Below, piece after piece: positions 1-10,053 of a stretch of 64,000 bases of DNA; positions within the stretch are counted from its first letter, which is position 1; every line of letters starts with the position of its first letter. The position numbers and the translations under genes were made by a program. Source of the DNA: Acutalibacteraceae bacterium (GTDB taxonomy: Bacteria; Bacillota; Clostridia; Oscillospirales; Acutalibacteraceae); NCBI GenBank assembly GCA_045605605.1, contig JAZUQH010000049.1, positions 12,799 to 76,798 of the forward strand. Direction: 5' to 3'. The notes under the pieces were generated by a model. It saw nothing but the letters and a program-made list of their open reading frames with translations, was not told the origin of the DNA and did no database searches.

Positions 1-174
1 GCAAAAAAGCTTTCTAAGGATATCCCATTCTTAAGAACAGATTTCTACTCAATAAACGATAAAATTTATTTCGGCGAATTAACCTTCTTCCCCGCTAGCG
101 GCTTTGTACCCTTTGAGCCTGAATTCTGGGATAAAAAATTAGGCGATATGATAAATTTACCTGGTAAAGAGTGA
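1..174 (+). CDS. TupA-like ATP-grasp protein, C-terminal fragment (gene starts upstream of window)
   Basis: Frame 1 is open from base 1 to TGA at 172-174. The tail AKKLSKDIPFLRTDFYSINDKIYFGELTFFPASGFVPFEPEFWDKKLGDMINL aligns by eye (about 34 of 53 identical) with the C-terminus of the ORF at 2689-3612. Confidence 0.6.
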   Translation, partial: AKKLSKDIPFLRTDFYSINDKIYFGELTFFPASGFVPFEPEFWDKKLGDMINLPGKE

Positions 175-182
175 TTTAAAGA

Positions 183-1700
183 ATGAAAAACAAGAGAAGT
201 GTTTATTTTAAGCGAAACACTGTAATGTCCTTAACCTTTGAAGCCCTCACCATTATCTGCGGCTTTATACTACCCAGATTTATTTTAGGGGCTTTCGGCT
301 CGGAGACTAACGGACTTGTATCCTCCATAACCCATTTCTTAGGCTTTATATCCCTTTGTGAGCTTGGAATGGGCGCGGTAGTGCCCGCAAGTCTTTACCG
401 TCCCTTAGCCGAAAAGAATATGGATATAGTAAGCGCTGTTGTAGCTTCTGCCCAAAAGTTTTATAGGATTATTGCCGCAATTCTCTTAGGCTATATTATG
501 GTTTTGGTAGGAGCTTATCCTCTTGCCGTTAAGGATTCCTTTGATTTTATTTTTTCGGCTTCTCTTATACTTATTATTTCCATAAGCACCTTTGCTCAGT
601 ATTATTTTGGTATTACCTATACCCTGCTTTTAAAGTCAGACCAAAAGCAGTATATTTCTTTTATAATAAATTCTGCTACCCTTGTTTTAAATACCGTAAT
701 TTCTATCATTCTTATTAAATGCGGTTTTTCTATTCATATAGTTAAGCTTGCCTCTTCCATTATATTTATTGCAAGACCTCTGTGTTTAAATCTATATGTT
801 AAAAAGCATTACAAGTTAAATCTTAAAGTAAAATATGAGGGTGAGCCTATAAAGCAAAAGTGGAATGGTATTGCTCAGCATTTTGCCTCCACCATTCAGG
901 AAAAAGCCGATACCGTTATTTTAACCCTTCTTTCCTCACTCACATCTGTCAGTGTTTACGGCGTTTACTTTATGGTAGTAAACGGCATTAAGGGACTTAT
1001 CTATTCTCTTACTGCGGGTGTTTCTGCAATGCTTGGCAATATGCTTGCAAAGGAAGAAACCGAACAGCTTAATAAAACCTTTGCAAAATTTGAGTGGCTT
1101 ATGCACACCCTTTCCACATATCTTTTCACCGTTACGGGTATATTGGCGGTACCCTTTGTTAAGGTTTATACCCTAGGTCTTAAAGATGCCAATGAATATA
1201 TAGTTCCCGCCTTTTCTGCAGTGCTTTGTATGGCTCTTGCGGCAAGATGCTTGCAAATGCCATATAACACTATGGTGCATGTGGCAGGTCACTTTAAGCA
1301 AACTCAGAAAAGCGCTATGATAGAGCCCATTTTAAATATTATCGTTTCAGTGGCTTTAGTTTATAAGTTCGGCCTTATAGGCGTAGCCGTTGGCACCCTT
1401 GTTTCTATGGGATACAGAGTTATATACCTTTCTGTGTACCTTATGAAAAATATTCTTTTCACTAAGCCATTTGTATTCATAAAGCAGATTTGTGTTGATG
1501 CGCTTTCTGTTTTAGTTATGGTAGCGGCGGTTTGTTGGTTAAAGCTAAGTTCTTTGAGCTTTGCAGGCTGGATACTTTTAGCCTTACCCGTAGCTTTTAT
1601 ATGCCTTGCAGTATGTCTTTTAATAAATCTTATTTTCTATAAAGAACAGCTTTTCTCAAACATAAGACCTATACTTAACAAGCTAAGGAGGAAAAAATGA
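183..1700 (+). CDS. polysaccharide flippase, MOP/Wzx-like multi-pass membrane protein
   Basis: 505 aa, hydrophobic throughout with about 12-14 predicted helices. It sits at the head of a glycopolymer locus, and its stop overlaps the next start (ATGA at 1697-1700). Confidence 0.7.
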   Translation: MKNKRSVYFKRNTVMSLTFEALTIICGFILPRFILGAFGSETNGLVSSITHFLGFISLCELGMGAVVPASLYRPLAEKNMDIVSAVVASAQKFYRIIAAILLGYIMVLVGAYPLAVKDSFDFIFSASLILIISISTFAQYYFGITYTLLLKSDQKQYISFIINSATLVLNTVISIILIKCGFSIHIVKLASSIIFIARPLCLNLYVKKHYKLNLKVKYEGEPIKQKWNGIAQHFASTIQEKADTVILTLLSSLTSVSVYGVYFMVVNGIKGLIYSLTAGVSAMLGNMLAKEETEQLNKTFAKFEWLMHTLSTYLFTVTGILAVPFVKVYTLGLKDANEYIVPAFSAVLCMALAARCLQMPYNTMVHVAGHFKQTQKSAMIEPILNIIVSVALVYKFGLIGVAVGTLVSMGYRVIYLSVYLMKNILFTKPFVFIKQICVDALSVLVMVAAVCWLKLSSLSFAGWILLALPVAFICLAVCLLINLIFYKEQLFSNIRPILNKLRRKK

Positions 1701-2671
1701 GTTATAACAAAAACTTTCTTTTTCTTGTAAGCGAATATATGTCTAAATATACCATGCGGGATATCTCAGGTAAAGAAAACGTAAAAATAATTTATAAGCG
1801 CGCTTTATCGAAAAACCCCATTTTAAATGCTTTCTTTTGCTTTTATCTCTCTTCGGGAGCAAATAAAAAGATTTCTCTTCCCTTTAAATCCATTATTTAC
1901 AAACAAATTTTCAAACTTAAATTTAAAGAGAATAAGCCTCTATGTATCACATTATCTTCCCCTTGGTACGATAAGCAGTTGATAAAATATTTCAGAAAAC
2001 ATTATCCTGATTGCAAGCTGATTATTCGCTTCGGAGATACGGTGAAAACCGCTCTTAGAAACAACCCTCATTTATCGCTGGATATTATAAAAAATGATTT
2101 TGATAGTGCTATTGCCTATAATCCTGTTGATGCTTCCGATTATAATATTTTATTTCATCCCGTCGGTTATTCGGCAATACCCAAAGAAGAACTTGCTACA
2201 CTACCCAAAAGCGATGTTGCATTTATAGGCGCCGCTAAGGATAGACTGCCCTTAATAAGAAAGCTTTACCACCGTTTTACGAATGCAGGTCTTAAGTGCG
2301 ATTTTTATGTTACCGAAGTGCCAAAAGAAGACAGACTTAATGACGGTATAGTTTACGGGGATAAAAATCTTACCTTCCCCGAGTACATTGCAAGAGAGGC
2401 AGCAAGTGACTGCTTACTCGAAATTCTGCAAAAAGGCTCTACGGGCAGAACCTATCGTATGATGGAAGCTATAATTTATAATAAAAAGCTTATAACAAAT
2501 TGTCCCGAAATTAAGGATACCCCTTATTACAATAAGGATTATGTTCTTTACTTTGAAGATGAAGGTCAAATTACTGCCGACTTTGTAAACAAAGATATTG
2601 GCGTTGTTGATTATAATTATCAAAACGACTTTTCCCCTGTAAAATATCTTGAATTTTTGAGTGAAATTTAA
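1697..2671 (+). CDS. hypothetical protein of the glycopolymer locus (family not recognised)
   Basis: 324-aa ORF, translationally coupled to the flippase gene. It is soluble and has no motif I can name. Confidence 0.55.
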   Translation: MSYNKNFLFLVSEYMSKYTMRDISGKENVKIIYKRALSKNPILNAFFCFYLSSGANKKISLPFKSIIYKQIFKLKFKENKPLCITLSSPWYDKQLIKYFRKHYPDCKLIIRFGDTVKTALRNNPHLSLDIIKNDFDSAIAYNPVDASDYNILFHPVGYSAIPKEELATLPKSDVAFIGAAKDRLPLIRKLYHRFTNAGLKCDFYVTEVPKEDRLNDGIVYGDKNLTFPEYIAREAASDCLLEILQKGSTGRTYRMMEAIIYNKKLITNCPEIKDTPYYNKDYVLYFEDEGQITADFVNKDIGVVDYNYQNDFSPVKYLEFLSEI

Positions 2672-2688
2672 ATTGGAGGTTTACCGTT

Positions 2689-3612
2689 ATGAATAAACTG
2701 AGAAGACTTTTCGGCAGAGTTATAAGCATTCTCGGCAACAGAGGATTCTTTCACAATATGGATGACGGGAAGTATTTGAAGCTTATTTATCCCTACTTTA
2801 TCGGCACCGAATTAAATCTCAATAATCCCATAACCTTTAACGAAAAACTGCAATGGCTTAAAATTCACAACCGCAAGGAAGAATTTACGAAAATGGCTGA
2901 CAAATATGCAGTCAGAGAATATATAGCAGAAAAAATTGGTGAGGAATATTTAATTCCCTTGGTGGCAGGTCCCTTTGAGAATGCAGACCAAATCGATTTT
3001 GATTCGCTACCCAATCAGTTTGTACTTAAATGCAACCACGATAGCGGAAGCGTTATTGTTTGCAAAGATAAGAATAGTCTTGATATTAACTCGACTTGTA
3101 AAAGTCTCAACAGACACCTTAAGAATAACCTTTATTACGGCGGCAGAGAATGGCCGTACAAAAACATAAAGCCGCTTATAATCGCCGAAAAATATATGGT
3201 TGATGAAAATTCCGACCCCTCATTTATAGGTCTTACCGATTATAAGTTTTATTGCTTTAACGGGGAACCTAAATTCGTATATGTATCTAAAGGTTTGGGC
3301 GGAGACCATAGGTTTGCCGAAATAAGCTTTTATGATTTAAACTGGAAGCCAACCGGATTTATAAGAAACGATTTTAAACCCATAAGCACCCAACCCCCCA
3401 AGCCTGAAAATTTTGATAAAATGATAGAGCTTGCAAGTATACTTTCAAAGGATATCCCATTTTTACGTGTGGACCTTTATGAGATAAATAAGAAAATTTA
3501 TTTTTCCGAGCTTACCTTCTATCCATCTGACGGTTTTGTTGATTTTGAACCTAAGGAATGGAACGAAAAAATAGGTAATCTTATAGATTTAGGCTTAGTT
3601 AAAGAAGATTAG
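2689..3612 (+). CDS. TupA-like ATP-grasp family protein
   Basis: 307 aa. The layout and motifs (NPITFNEKLQWLK near the N-terminus, FLRVDLY..IYFSELTFYPSDGF at the C-terminus) match my memory of the ATPgrasp_TupA family. A GGAGG RBS lies upstream. Confidence 0.65.
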   Translation: MNKLRRLFGRVISILGNRGFFHNMDDGKYLKLIYPYFIGTELNLNNPITFNEKLQWLKIHNRKEEFTKMADKYAVREYIAEKIGEEYLIPLVAGPFENADQIDFDSLPNQFVLKCNHDSGSVIVCKDKNSLDINSTCKSLNRHLKNNLYYGGREWPYKNIKPLIIAEKYMVDENSDPSFIGLTDYKFYCFNGEPKFVYVSKGLGGDHRFAEISFYDLNWKPTGFIRNDFKPISTQPPKPENFDKMIELASILSKDIPFLRVDLYEINKKIYFSELTFYPSDGFVDFEPKEWNEKIGNLIDLGLVKED

Positions 3613-3631
3613 CAGTTTAAAGGGTGAGTAA

Positions 3632-4705
3632 ATGAAATCAAGAATAGGTTTTATTGATATTGCAAAATGCATCGCAATTTTAATGATAGTTGATGTTCAT
3701 CAGCAAAGCGGAGCGCTTTTCCCTTTAGGCGAAACCTTTCACGTTGCAGCGTTTTTCGTAATATCGGGAATAATAAGCGGATTTAAAGATGATTTTGCTA
3801 AAGAAGACTTTAGCATCTTTACAAAAAAAAGATTTAAAGGACTTATTTATCCATATATAACCTTAAATATCGCTTATATTCTCTTCAGTTTAGCGCTTTC
3901 CCTCTTGTTTACTCATAAATCTATATTACCCAACATACTTAAATTTGTATCCATTCAGGGTAACGGCACCTTATGGTTTTTGCCCGTGCTGTTTATAGGG
4001 GAAATTATATTCTTTATTCTTTACAAGCACTTAAAAAGCAAGGGTAACATAGTCTGTGTTTTACTCCTATTGCTTGGTGTTTTCGGCGGCGCAGGTCTTG
4101 AAAAATTAAACCTTATAGGAAGAGGGATTTACGGAGTAGGAAGCCTTAAAGGAATATTTATTACAGGTCCTATAACAATTTTGCTTTCTTCCCTTATAGC
4201 ATCAGGCTTTATAGCCTTAGGCTTTGTTTCGTCAAAGCTTATAAAAAGCCTTTCGGTACGAAACGTAAAAAATATTGTTGTTTTAAGTATTGTTTTCGTT
4301 ATATCCTTTATTGTGGATAGACTTTTTATAAGCCTCTATACCGCCGATATTCATAAGATGGCTATAGGCAATCCCTTTGTTTATATTATCTGTACCCTTG
4401 CAGGCTGTGCCCTTTGTTTAAGCCTTGCTTTATTGCTCGATTTTATTCCTAAGGCATCCGGTGTTTTAGGCTTTTACGGTAAAAACTCTATAATTATTAT
4501 GACAACTCATCTTGAGTATTACATAAACTACGCGGTTTTTATAATACTTTCGAGATTTAATATTTTAAACCTTGAGCCAGATGGAATTTTGTTTGATATT
4601 ACTTCCCTTGTTCTCATTATGGCAGTAGAAACTGTGATTATTTTTATTGTTAGTAAAACACCAATTCGCTTCTTATATAAACTTCCCGTTAAAAAGGAGA
4701 TTTAA
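3632..4705 (+). CDS. acyltransferase family 3 membrane protein (probable sugar O-acyltransferase)
   Basis: 357 aa with about 10 TM segments. The N-terminal IDIAKCIAILMIV.DVH pattern is typical of acyltransferase_3. Confidence 0.7.
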   Translation: MKSRIGFIDIAKCIAILMIVDVHQQSGALFPLGETFHVAAFFVISGIISGFKDDFAKEDFSIFTKKRFKGLIYPYITLNIAYILFSLALSLLFTHKSILPNILKFVSIQGNGTLWFLPVLFIGEIIFFILYKHLKSKGNIVCVLLLLLGVFGGAGLEKLNLIGRGIYGVGSLKGIFITGPITILLSSLIASGFIALGFVSSKLIKSLSVRNVKNIVVLSIVFVISFIVDRLFISLYTADIHKMAIGNPFVYIICTLAGCALCLSLALLLDFIPKASGVLGFYGKNSIIIMTTHLEYYINYAVFIILSRFNILNLEPDGILFDITSLVLIMAVETVIIFIVSKTPIRFLYKLPVKKEI

Positions 4706-4751
4706 AATAATTAAAAGCAACGAATTTAAAGATAGAAGGACGGTATAATTT

Positions 4752-5807
4752 ATGTTTTTTTCTCTCATTCTCCCCGTTTATAACATTGATAAGGAAGAAT
4801 TAAAGACTTGTATAGACTCAGTTATAAACCAAACCTTTAAGGATTTTGAGGTTATATTGGTCGATGACGGCTCTAAAGAGGAAACCGCAAAGCTTTGTGA
4901 CCAAATCGCATCTCAGTATAACTTTATGTCGGTCATTCATCAGGAAAACAGCGGTGCTTCAAGAGCAAGGAATACGGGTGTTACCGCCGCTAAGGGCGAA
5001 TATCTTGTGTTTATAGATTCTGACGATTTTGTTGAAACAGATTTGCTTGATACCCTTTATAATTCCTTAAAGGGAAAAGACTGCGATATTATATGCTTCG
5101 GTTACAGTGTTTTAAAGGAGGGTAAATATACCAGATACCTTCTAAAAAATAAGTCCCTTTCCTTTGCAAATTATGATGATATTAAAAGGGATGTTATCTG
5201 CGCCGTTTACCTTGCGGAAAACAAATTTAAAAACATCCCCTTAAACACACCCTGGGGAAAAGCCTTTAAACGAAGCTTTGTAATAGATAACAACCTCACC
5301 TTTGACGAAACGCTTAGAAGAGCCCAAGATGTTATTTATAATCTTTATGCCTTTGATAAGGCAAGTAAAATTGATTATATAGACAAGGCTTTGTATAACT
5401 ACCGAACGGATAATGAATCCCTATCCCGAAGCTATAATAAGGAAACGGCAAAGCGTATGACCTTAACTGCCAATGCCGCTCTTAAATTCGCAGAGCTTCA
5501 CAAGGATACCCCTATATATACCGAAGCTGCTATGAGCTTTTGCAGAAGATGTTTTAGAATTATAGTTAATCTTGACTTCTTAAATAAAGCAAATACCGAA
5601 GACTTTAAGGTTAAAAAAGAGCGTTTTAAAGAAGCGCTTAAAATCGAACCCTTTGCCACCGCCTTTAGTGGCGATTATTTAAAAAACAGTCGCTTTAGCG
5701 GGGATTTGGAAATGAAGCTTATTGCAAGCGGAAGCTTAGGCGCTCTTAGATTGTATCGTTTTGCGCGAAAGATTTTAAGAAATCTAAGAAATGCCATAAA
5801 AAGTTAG
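4752..5807 (+). CDS. glycosyltransferase family 2
   Basis: FSLILPVYNIDKEELKTCIDSVINQTFKDFEVILVDDGS followed by FIDSDD (DxD), the classic GT-A/GT2 N-terminal domain. Confidence 0.85.
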   Translation: MFFSLILPVYNIDKEELKTCIDSVINQTFKDFEVILVDDGSKEETAKLCDQIASQYNFMSVIHQENSGASRARNTGVTAAKGEYLVFIDSDDFVETDLLDTLYNSLKGKDCDIICFGYSVLKEGKYTRYLLKNKSLSFANYDDIKRDVICAVYLAENKFKNIPLNTPWGKAFKRSFVIDNNLTFDETLRRAQDVIYNLYAFDKASKIDYIDKALYNYRTDNESLSRSYNKETAKRMTLTANAALKFAELHKDTPIYTEAAMSFCRRCFRIIVNLDFLNKANTEDFKVKKERFKEALKIEPFATAFSGDYLKNSRFSGDLEMKLIASGSLGALRLYRFARKILRNLRNAIKS

Positions 5808-5822
5808 CCAAAGGAGAACAAA

Positions 5823-6995
5823 ATGAAAGCTGCTTTGAAATTCGAAGAAATTTACGGATATGCGCCCACAGATATAGCCTTTTGTCCCTACCGTATATGT
5901 CCCTTAGGCGCTCATTCCGACCATCAGCTTGGTAAAATCACAGGATTTGCCATTGATAAGGGTATAAATATTGCCTTTGGTCCTAAGCAGAACGGAATTA
6001 TAGAGCTTAAATCTCTTCAGTTCGATAAAAGGGCTCAGTTCCATATAAATTCCGTGCCAAAAGAAAAACAAAACGACTGGGCAGATTATTTAAGAGGCGC
6101 CACCATTTCTCTTTCAAGAAAGTACCCCCTTAGCGTTGGCCTTTGCGGTGTTATTGAGGGACAGCTTCCCATAGGCGGACTTTCCTCTTCCGCGGCAGTT
6201 ATTATTGCGTTTCTTTCTGCGCTCTGCAGAGTTAACAACATAAAACCTTCCCCCGAAGAAATTATAAAATTTGCCCTTAGAGCAGAGAACGAATATGTTG
6301 GTGTTTCCTGCGGAAAGCTTGACCAATCCTGTGAGGTTTACTGCAAAAAGGACCATCTTCTTTATATGGATATGCAGGATGACAGCTTTGAGCTTATTCC
6401 TCAAAGCCCTTCTATGAAGCCTTATAAAATTGCTATTTTCTTTTCAGGTATAGAACGCACCTTGGCAGGCTCTGCCTTTAATATGAGGGTGGATGAATGC
6501 CGCTCTGCCGCCTATGCTCTTAAGGCTTATGCGGGTATAGAATACGGAAAATTCGGGGAAACCCATCTTCGAGATGTGCCCTATGAGGTTTATCTTAAAT
6601 ATAAAGATAGACTTCCTGAAAATTGGGCTAAAAGGGCTGAGCATTGGTACACCGAATATAACCGTGTTTTAAAGGGTGCCGAGGCATTTAAAAAGGGTGA
6701 TATAGAAGAATTTGGCCGCCTATCCTTTGAGAGTGGATATTCTTCCATTTATAACTGGGAAACAGGCTCCCCCGAGCTTAAAAAGCTTTATGAAATTATG
6801 TGCGAAACCAAGGGTATATATGGCGGACGCTTTAGCGGCGCAGGCTTTAAGGGCTGCTGTATGGCGCTTATAGACCCTGATTTCACAGATAGTATTATAG
6901 AAAATGTAAGCCGTAAATATTTAGCTGCCTTCCCAAATTTAGAGGGCAAGTATTCGGCTCATATATGCGAAAGCGCCAACGGAGTGATTATATGA
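5823..6995 (+). CDS. GHMP/galactokinase-family sugar kinase (sugar specificity unknown)
   Basis: 390 aa. It has the GHMP phosphate-binding motif PIGGLSSSAAV, and the galactokinase-like N-terminal signature region reads RICPLGAHSDHQLG. Confidence 0.75.
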   Translation: MKAALKFEEIYGYAPTDIAFCPYRICPLGAHSDHQLGKITGFAIDKGINIAFGPKQNGIIELKSLQFDKRAQFHINSVPKEKQNDWADYLRGATISLSRKYPLSVGLCGVIEGQLPIGGLSSSAAVIIAFLSALCRVNNIKPSPEEIIKFALRAENEYVGVSCGKLDQSCEVYCKKDHLLYMDMQDDSFELIPQSPSMKPYKIAIFFSGIERTLAGSAFNMRVDECRSAAYALKAYAGIEYGKFGETHLRDVPYEVYLKYKDRLPENWAKRAEHWYTEYNRVLKGAEAFKKGDIEEFGRLSFESGYSSIYNWETGSPELKKLYEIMCETKGIYGGRFSGAGFKGCCMALIDPDFTDSIIENVSRKYLAAFPNLEGKYSAHICESANGVII

Positions 6996-7726
6996 AGTGC
7001 TTGATTTTAGCGGCAGGCTATGCCACAAGGCTTTACCCCTTAACCGAAAATTTCCCGAAGCCTTTACTTAAGGTTAAGGATAAAACTATCCTTGATTGGA
7101 TGGTGGATGATATAGATACCCTTGGCGAAATTGATGAGTTTGTGGTTATATCCAACCATAAATTTGCCCATCATTTTGAAGACTGGGCTAAAGATAAAAA
7201 GCAGAAAATCACCGTTGTTGACGATGGAACAAGCTCAAATGAAACCCGTCTTGGCGCCGTTATGGATATTGAATTTGCCCTTAGAAAGCTAAATATTAAG
7301 GATGATATTTTAGTAATTGCAGGGGATAATCTCCTTGATTTCAGCCTTACTGAGTTTATAAAATATGCAAAAATTAAAAACGCCTCTTGCGTTATGAGAT
7401 ATTTTGAGCCTGACTACCAAAAGCTTCTTAAATGCGGTGTTGTTACCATCGATGAGGATGATAAAATACTGAGTATGACCGAAAAATCACCTGAACCTGC
7501 AAGTAATTGGTGTTGTCCCCCTTTTTATTTCTATACTGCCGAGGACACTATGCTTTTAGATAAAGGTATTGCCTCAGGATGTGGTATTGATGCCCCCGGT
7601 AGCTTTGCCGCCTGGCTTTCTACCAAGGTTCCAGTTTACGCTATGGAAATGCCTGGCAAAAGATACGATATAGGAAACATCGAAAGCTACGAAAAAGTGC
7701 AAAAGGAGTATAAGGGTATATGCTAA
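6992..7726 (+). CDS. sugar-1-phosphate nucleotidylyltransferase
   Basis: MKCLILAAGYATRLYPLTENFPKPLL (the GxGTRL-type NTP-transferase signature). The ATG at 6992 overlaps the kinase stop (ATGA). The longer track ORF starting at 6965 is probably an over-extension. Confidence 0.8.
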   Translation: MKCLILAAGYATRLYPLTENFPKPLLKVKDKTILDWMVDDIDTLGEIDEFVVISNHKFAHHFEDWAKDKKQKITVVDDGTSSNETRLGAVMDIEFALRKLNIKDDILVIAGDNLLDFSLTEFIKYAKIKNASCVMRYFEPDYQKLLKCGVVTIDEDDKILSMTEKSPEPASNWCCPPFYFYTAEDTMLLDKGIASGCGIDAPGSFAAWLSTKVPVYAMEMPGKRYDIGNIESYEKVQKEYKGIC

Positions 7727-8784
7727 TCCCAAATGTTGATTTAAAAAATAAAACCGTGCTTATAACAGGTGCTGCAGGTTTTATAGGCTCTAATTTGTGC
7801 AAGGAGCTTTTTAAAACAGTAGAGGGTATTAAAATCGTAGGCCTTGATAACCTTAATGACTATTACGATGTTTCTATTAAAGAGTACCGCCTTAAAGAGA
7901 TTGAAAATCTTAACGGTAATAAAAACTGGATATTTATAAAAGGAAATATTGCCGATAAGCCCCTTATCGATTCCCTTTTTAAAGAATATAAATTTAACGT
8001 GGTTGTGAATCTTGCGGCTCAGGCGGGTGTCCGATATTCGATAACAAACCCCGATGTTTATATTGAAAGCAACATTATAGGCTTTTATAATATTTTAGAG
8101 GCTTGCCGTCATAACCCCGTTGAGCATTTAGTTTACGCCTCATCCTCAAGTGTTTACGGCACTAATAAAAAGATACCCTATTCTACCGAGGATAAGGTGG
8201 ATAATCCCGTATCCCTTTATGCCGCAACAAAGAAGAGCAACGAGCTTTTAGCTCACGCCTATTCAAAGCTTTATAATATTGCTTCTACGGGACTGAGATT
8301 CTTTACGGTTTACGGTCCTGCAGGAAGACCTGATATGGCATATTTCGGTTTCACCAATAAGCTTATAAAGGGTGAAACTATAGAGATATTTAACTTTGGC
8401 AACTGTAAGAGAGATTTCACCTTTGTTGATGATATAGTTGAAGGGGTTAAAAGGGTTATGACCTGCGCTCCCCTAAAAGAACAGGGCGAGGATGGGCTTC
8501 CCATACCGCCTTACAGAGTCTATAACATAGGTAACAACAGCCCCGAAAATCTTCTTGATTTTGTGGATATTTTAAGCGAAGAGCTTGTGAGTGCCGGAGT
8601 TTTACCCGAAGATTTCGATTTCGAAAAACATAAAAAGTTAGTGCCTATGCAGGCTGGCGACGTACCCATAACCTATGCGGATACCTCGAAATTGGAAGAG
8701 GATTTTGGCTTTAAGCCCTCAACATCTTTACGTGAGGGACTAAGAAAATTCGCCCGTTGGTATAAGGAATTTTACAAAGTATAA
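7720..8784 (+). CDS. NAD-dependent epimerase/dehydratase, UDP-glucuronate 4-epimerase-like
   Basis: It has a VLITGAAGFIGS Rossmann motif, a YAATKKS catalytic YxxxK, and the LDNLNDYYDVSIKEYRL segment typical of UDP-GlcA 4-epimerases. Confidence 0.75.
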   Translation: MLIPNVDLKNKTVLITGAAGFIGSNLCKELFKTVEGIKIVGLDNLNDYYDVSIKEYRLKEIENLNGNKNWIFIKGNIADKPLIDSLFKEYKFNVVVNLAAQAGVRYSITNPDVYIESNIIGFYNILEACRHNPVEHLVYASSSSVYGTNKKIPYSTEDKVDNPVSLYAATKKSNELLAHAYSKLYNIASTGLRFFTVYGPAGRPDMAYFGFTNKLIKGETIEIFNFGNCKRDFTFVDDIVEGVKRVMTCAPLKEQGEDGLPIPPYRVYNIGNNSPENLLDFVDILSEELVSAGVLPEDFDFEKHKKLVPMQAGDVPITYADTSKLEEDFGFKPSTSLREGLRKFARWYKEFYKV

Positions 8785-8796
8785 GGGGTTGAAATT

Positions 8797-10029
8797 ATGA
8801 AAATTGCAGTAGCAGGAACAGGCTATGTAGGACTATCTATTGCAGTGCTTCTCTCTCAGTTTAATGAAGTAATTGCCGTAGATGTTGTACCCGAAAAGGT
8901 AGAGCTCATAAACAACCGAAAATCTCCTATAAGGGATGAATACATAGAAAAGTATCTGGCAGAAAAGAAACTTAACTTATTTGCAACACTTGATGCTAAG
9001 CTTGCCTATAAGGATGCTGATTTCGTAGTTGTTGCAACACCTACTAATTATGACAGTCAGAAAAACTATTTCGATACAAGCGCCGTTGAATCGGTTATAA
9101 ATCAGGTAATTGACTTAAATCCCAAAGCAATTATTGTAATTAAATCCACAATACCCGTAGGCTATACCGAAAGTATACGTAAAAAGACCGGCAGCGATAA
9201 TATAATTTTTTGTCCTGAATTTTTGAGGGAAAGTCAGGCGTTATACGATAACCTTTACCCCTCAAGAATTATTTTAGGTACTGATATAAATGATATTCGC
9301 CTTAAATCCGCCGCTGAAACCTTTGCAAAACTACTTAATGAGGGAGCCATAAAGGATAACATTGAAACCTTATATATGGGCTTTACTGAGGCAGAGGCTG
9401 TAAAACTTTTTGCCAACACTTATTTAGCACTCAGGGTATCTTACTTTAATGAGCTTGATACCTATGCCGAAACAAAAGGACTTGATACAAAATCGATTAT
9501 TGACGGTGTTTGCGCAGATACACGCATAGGAAAGCACTATAATAATCCCTCCTTTGGATACGGAGGATACTGCTTACCTAAGGATACAAAACAGCTGCTT
9601 GCAAACTTTTCAGATGTGCCGCAGAATATGATAAGCGCAATAGTAGAATCCAATCGCACCCGCAAAGATTTTATAGCAGATACTGTTCTTAAAATGGCAC
9701 ATTACTACAGCGACAACAGTATGTATGACGCCGCTAAAGAGCGTCAGGTTACCATAGGCGTTTACAGACTTACAATGAAGTCAAATTCCGACAATTTCCG
9801 CCAAAGCTCCATTCAGGGAGTTATGAAGAGGATAAAATCAAAGGGCGCTACCGTTGTGGTTTATGAACCCACCCTTAAAGACGGTGAAACCTTCTTTGGA
9901 AGCCTTATAGTAAACGACCTTAATAAATTCAAAGAAATTTGCGACGCTATTATCGCAAACAGATATGATGAATGCCTTGATGATGTGAAGGAAAAAGTAT
10001 ATACAAGAGATATTTTCAGAAGAGATTAG
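8797..10029 (+). CDS. ugd: UDP-glucose 6-dehydrogenase
   Basis: It has an [14 protein letters not shown] Rossmann motif, the [10 protein letters not shown] catalytic-Cys motif, and a length of 410 aa. Confidence 0.9.
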   Translation: MKIAVAGTGYVGLSIAVLLSQFNEVIAVDVVPEKVELINNRKSPIRDEYIEKYLAEKKLNLFATLDAKLAYKDADFVVVATPTNYDSQKNYFDTSAVESVINQVIDLNPKAIIVIKSTIPVGYTESIRKKTGSDNIIFCPEFLRESQALYDNLYPSRIILGTDINDIRLKSAAETFAKLLNEGAIKDNIETLYMGFTEAEAVKLFANTYLALRVSYFNELDTYAETKGLDTKSIIDGVCADTRIGKHYNNPSFGYGGYCLPKDTKQLLANFSDVPQNMISAIVESNRTRKDFIADTVLKMAHYYSDNSMYDAAKERQVTIGVYRLTMKSNSDNFRQSSIQGVMKRIKSKGATVVVYEPTLKDGETFFGSLIVNDLNKFKEICDAIIANRYDECLDDVKEKVYTRDIFRRD

Positions 10030-10053
10030 TTATTCTTGAAAGGAGGATTTAAG

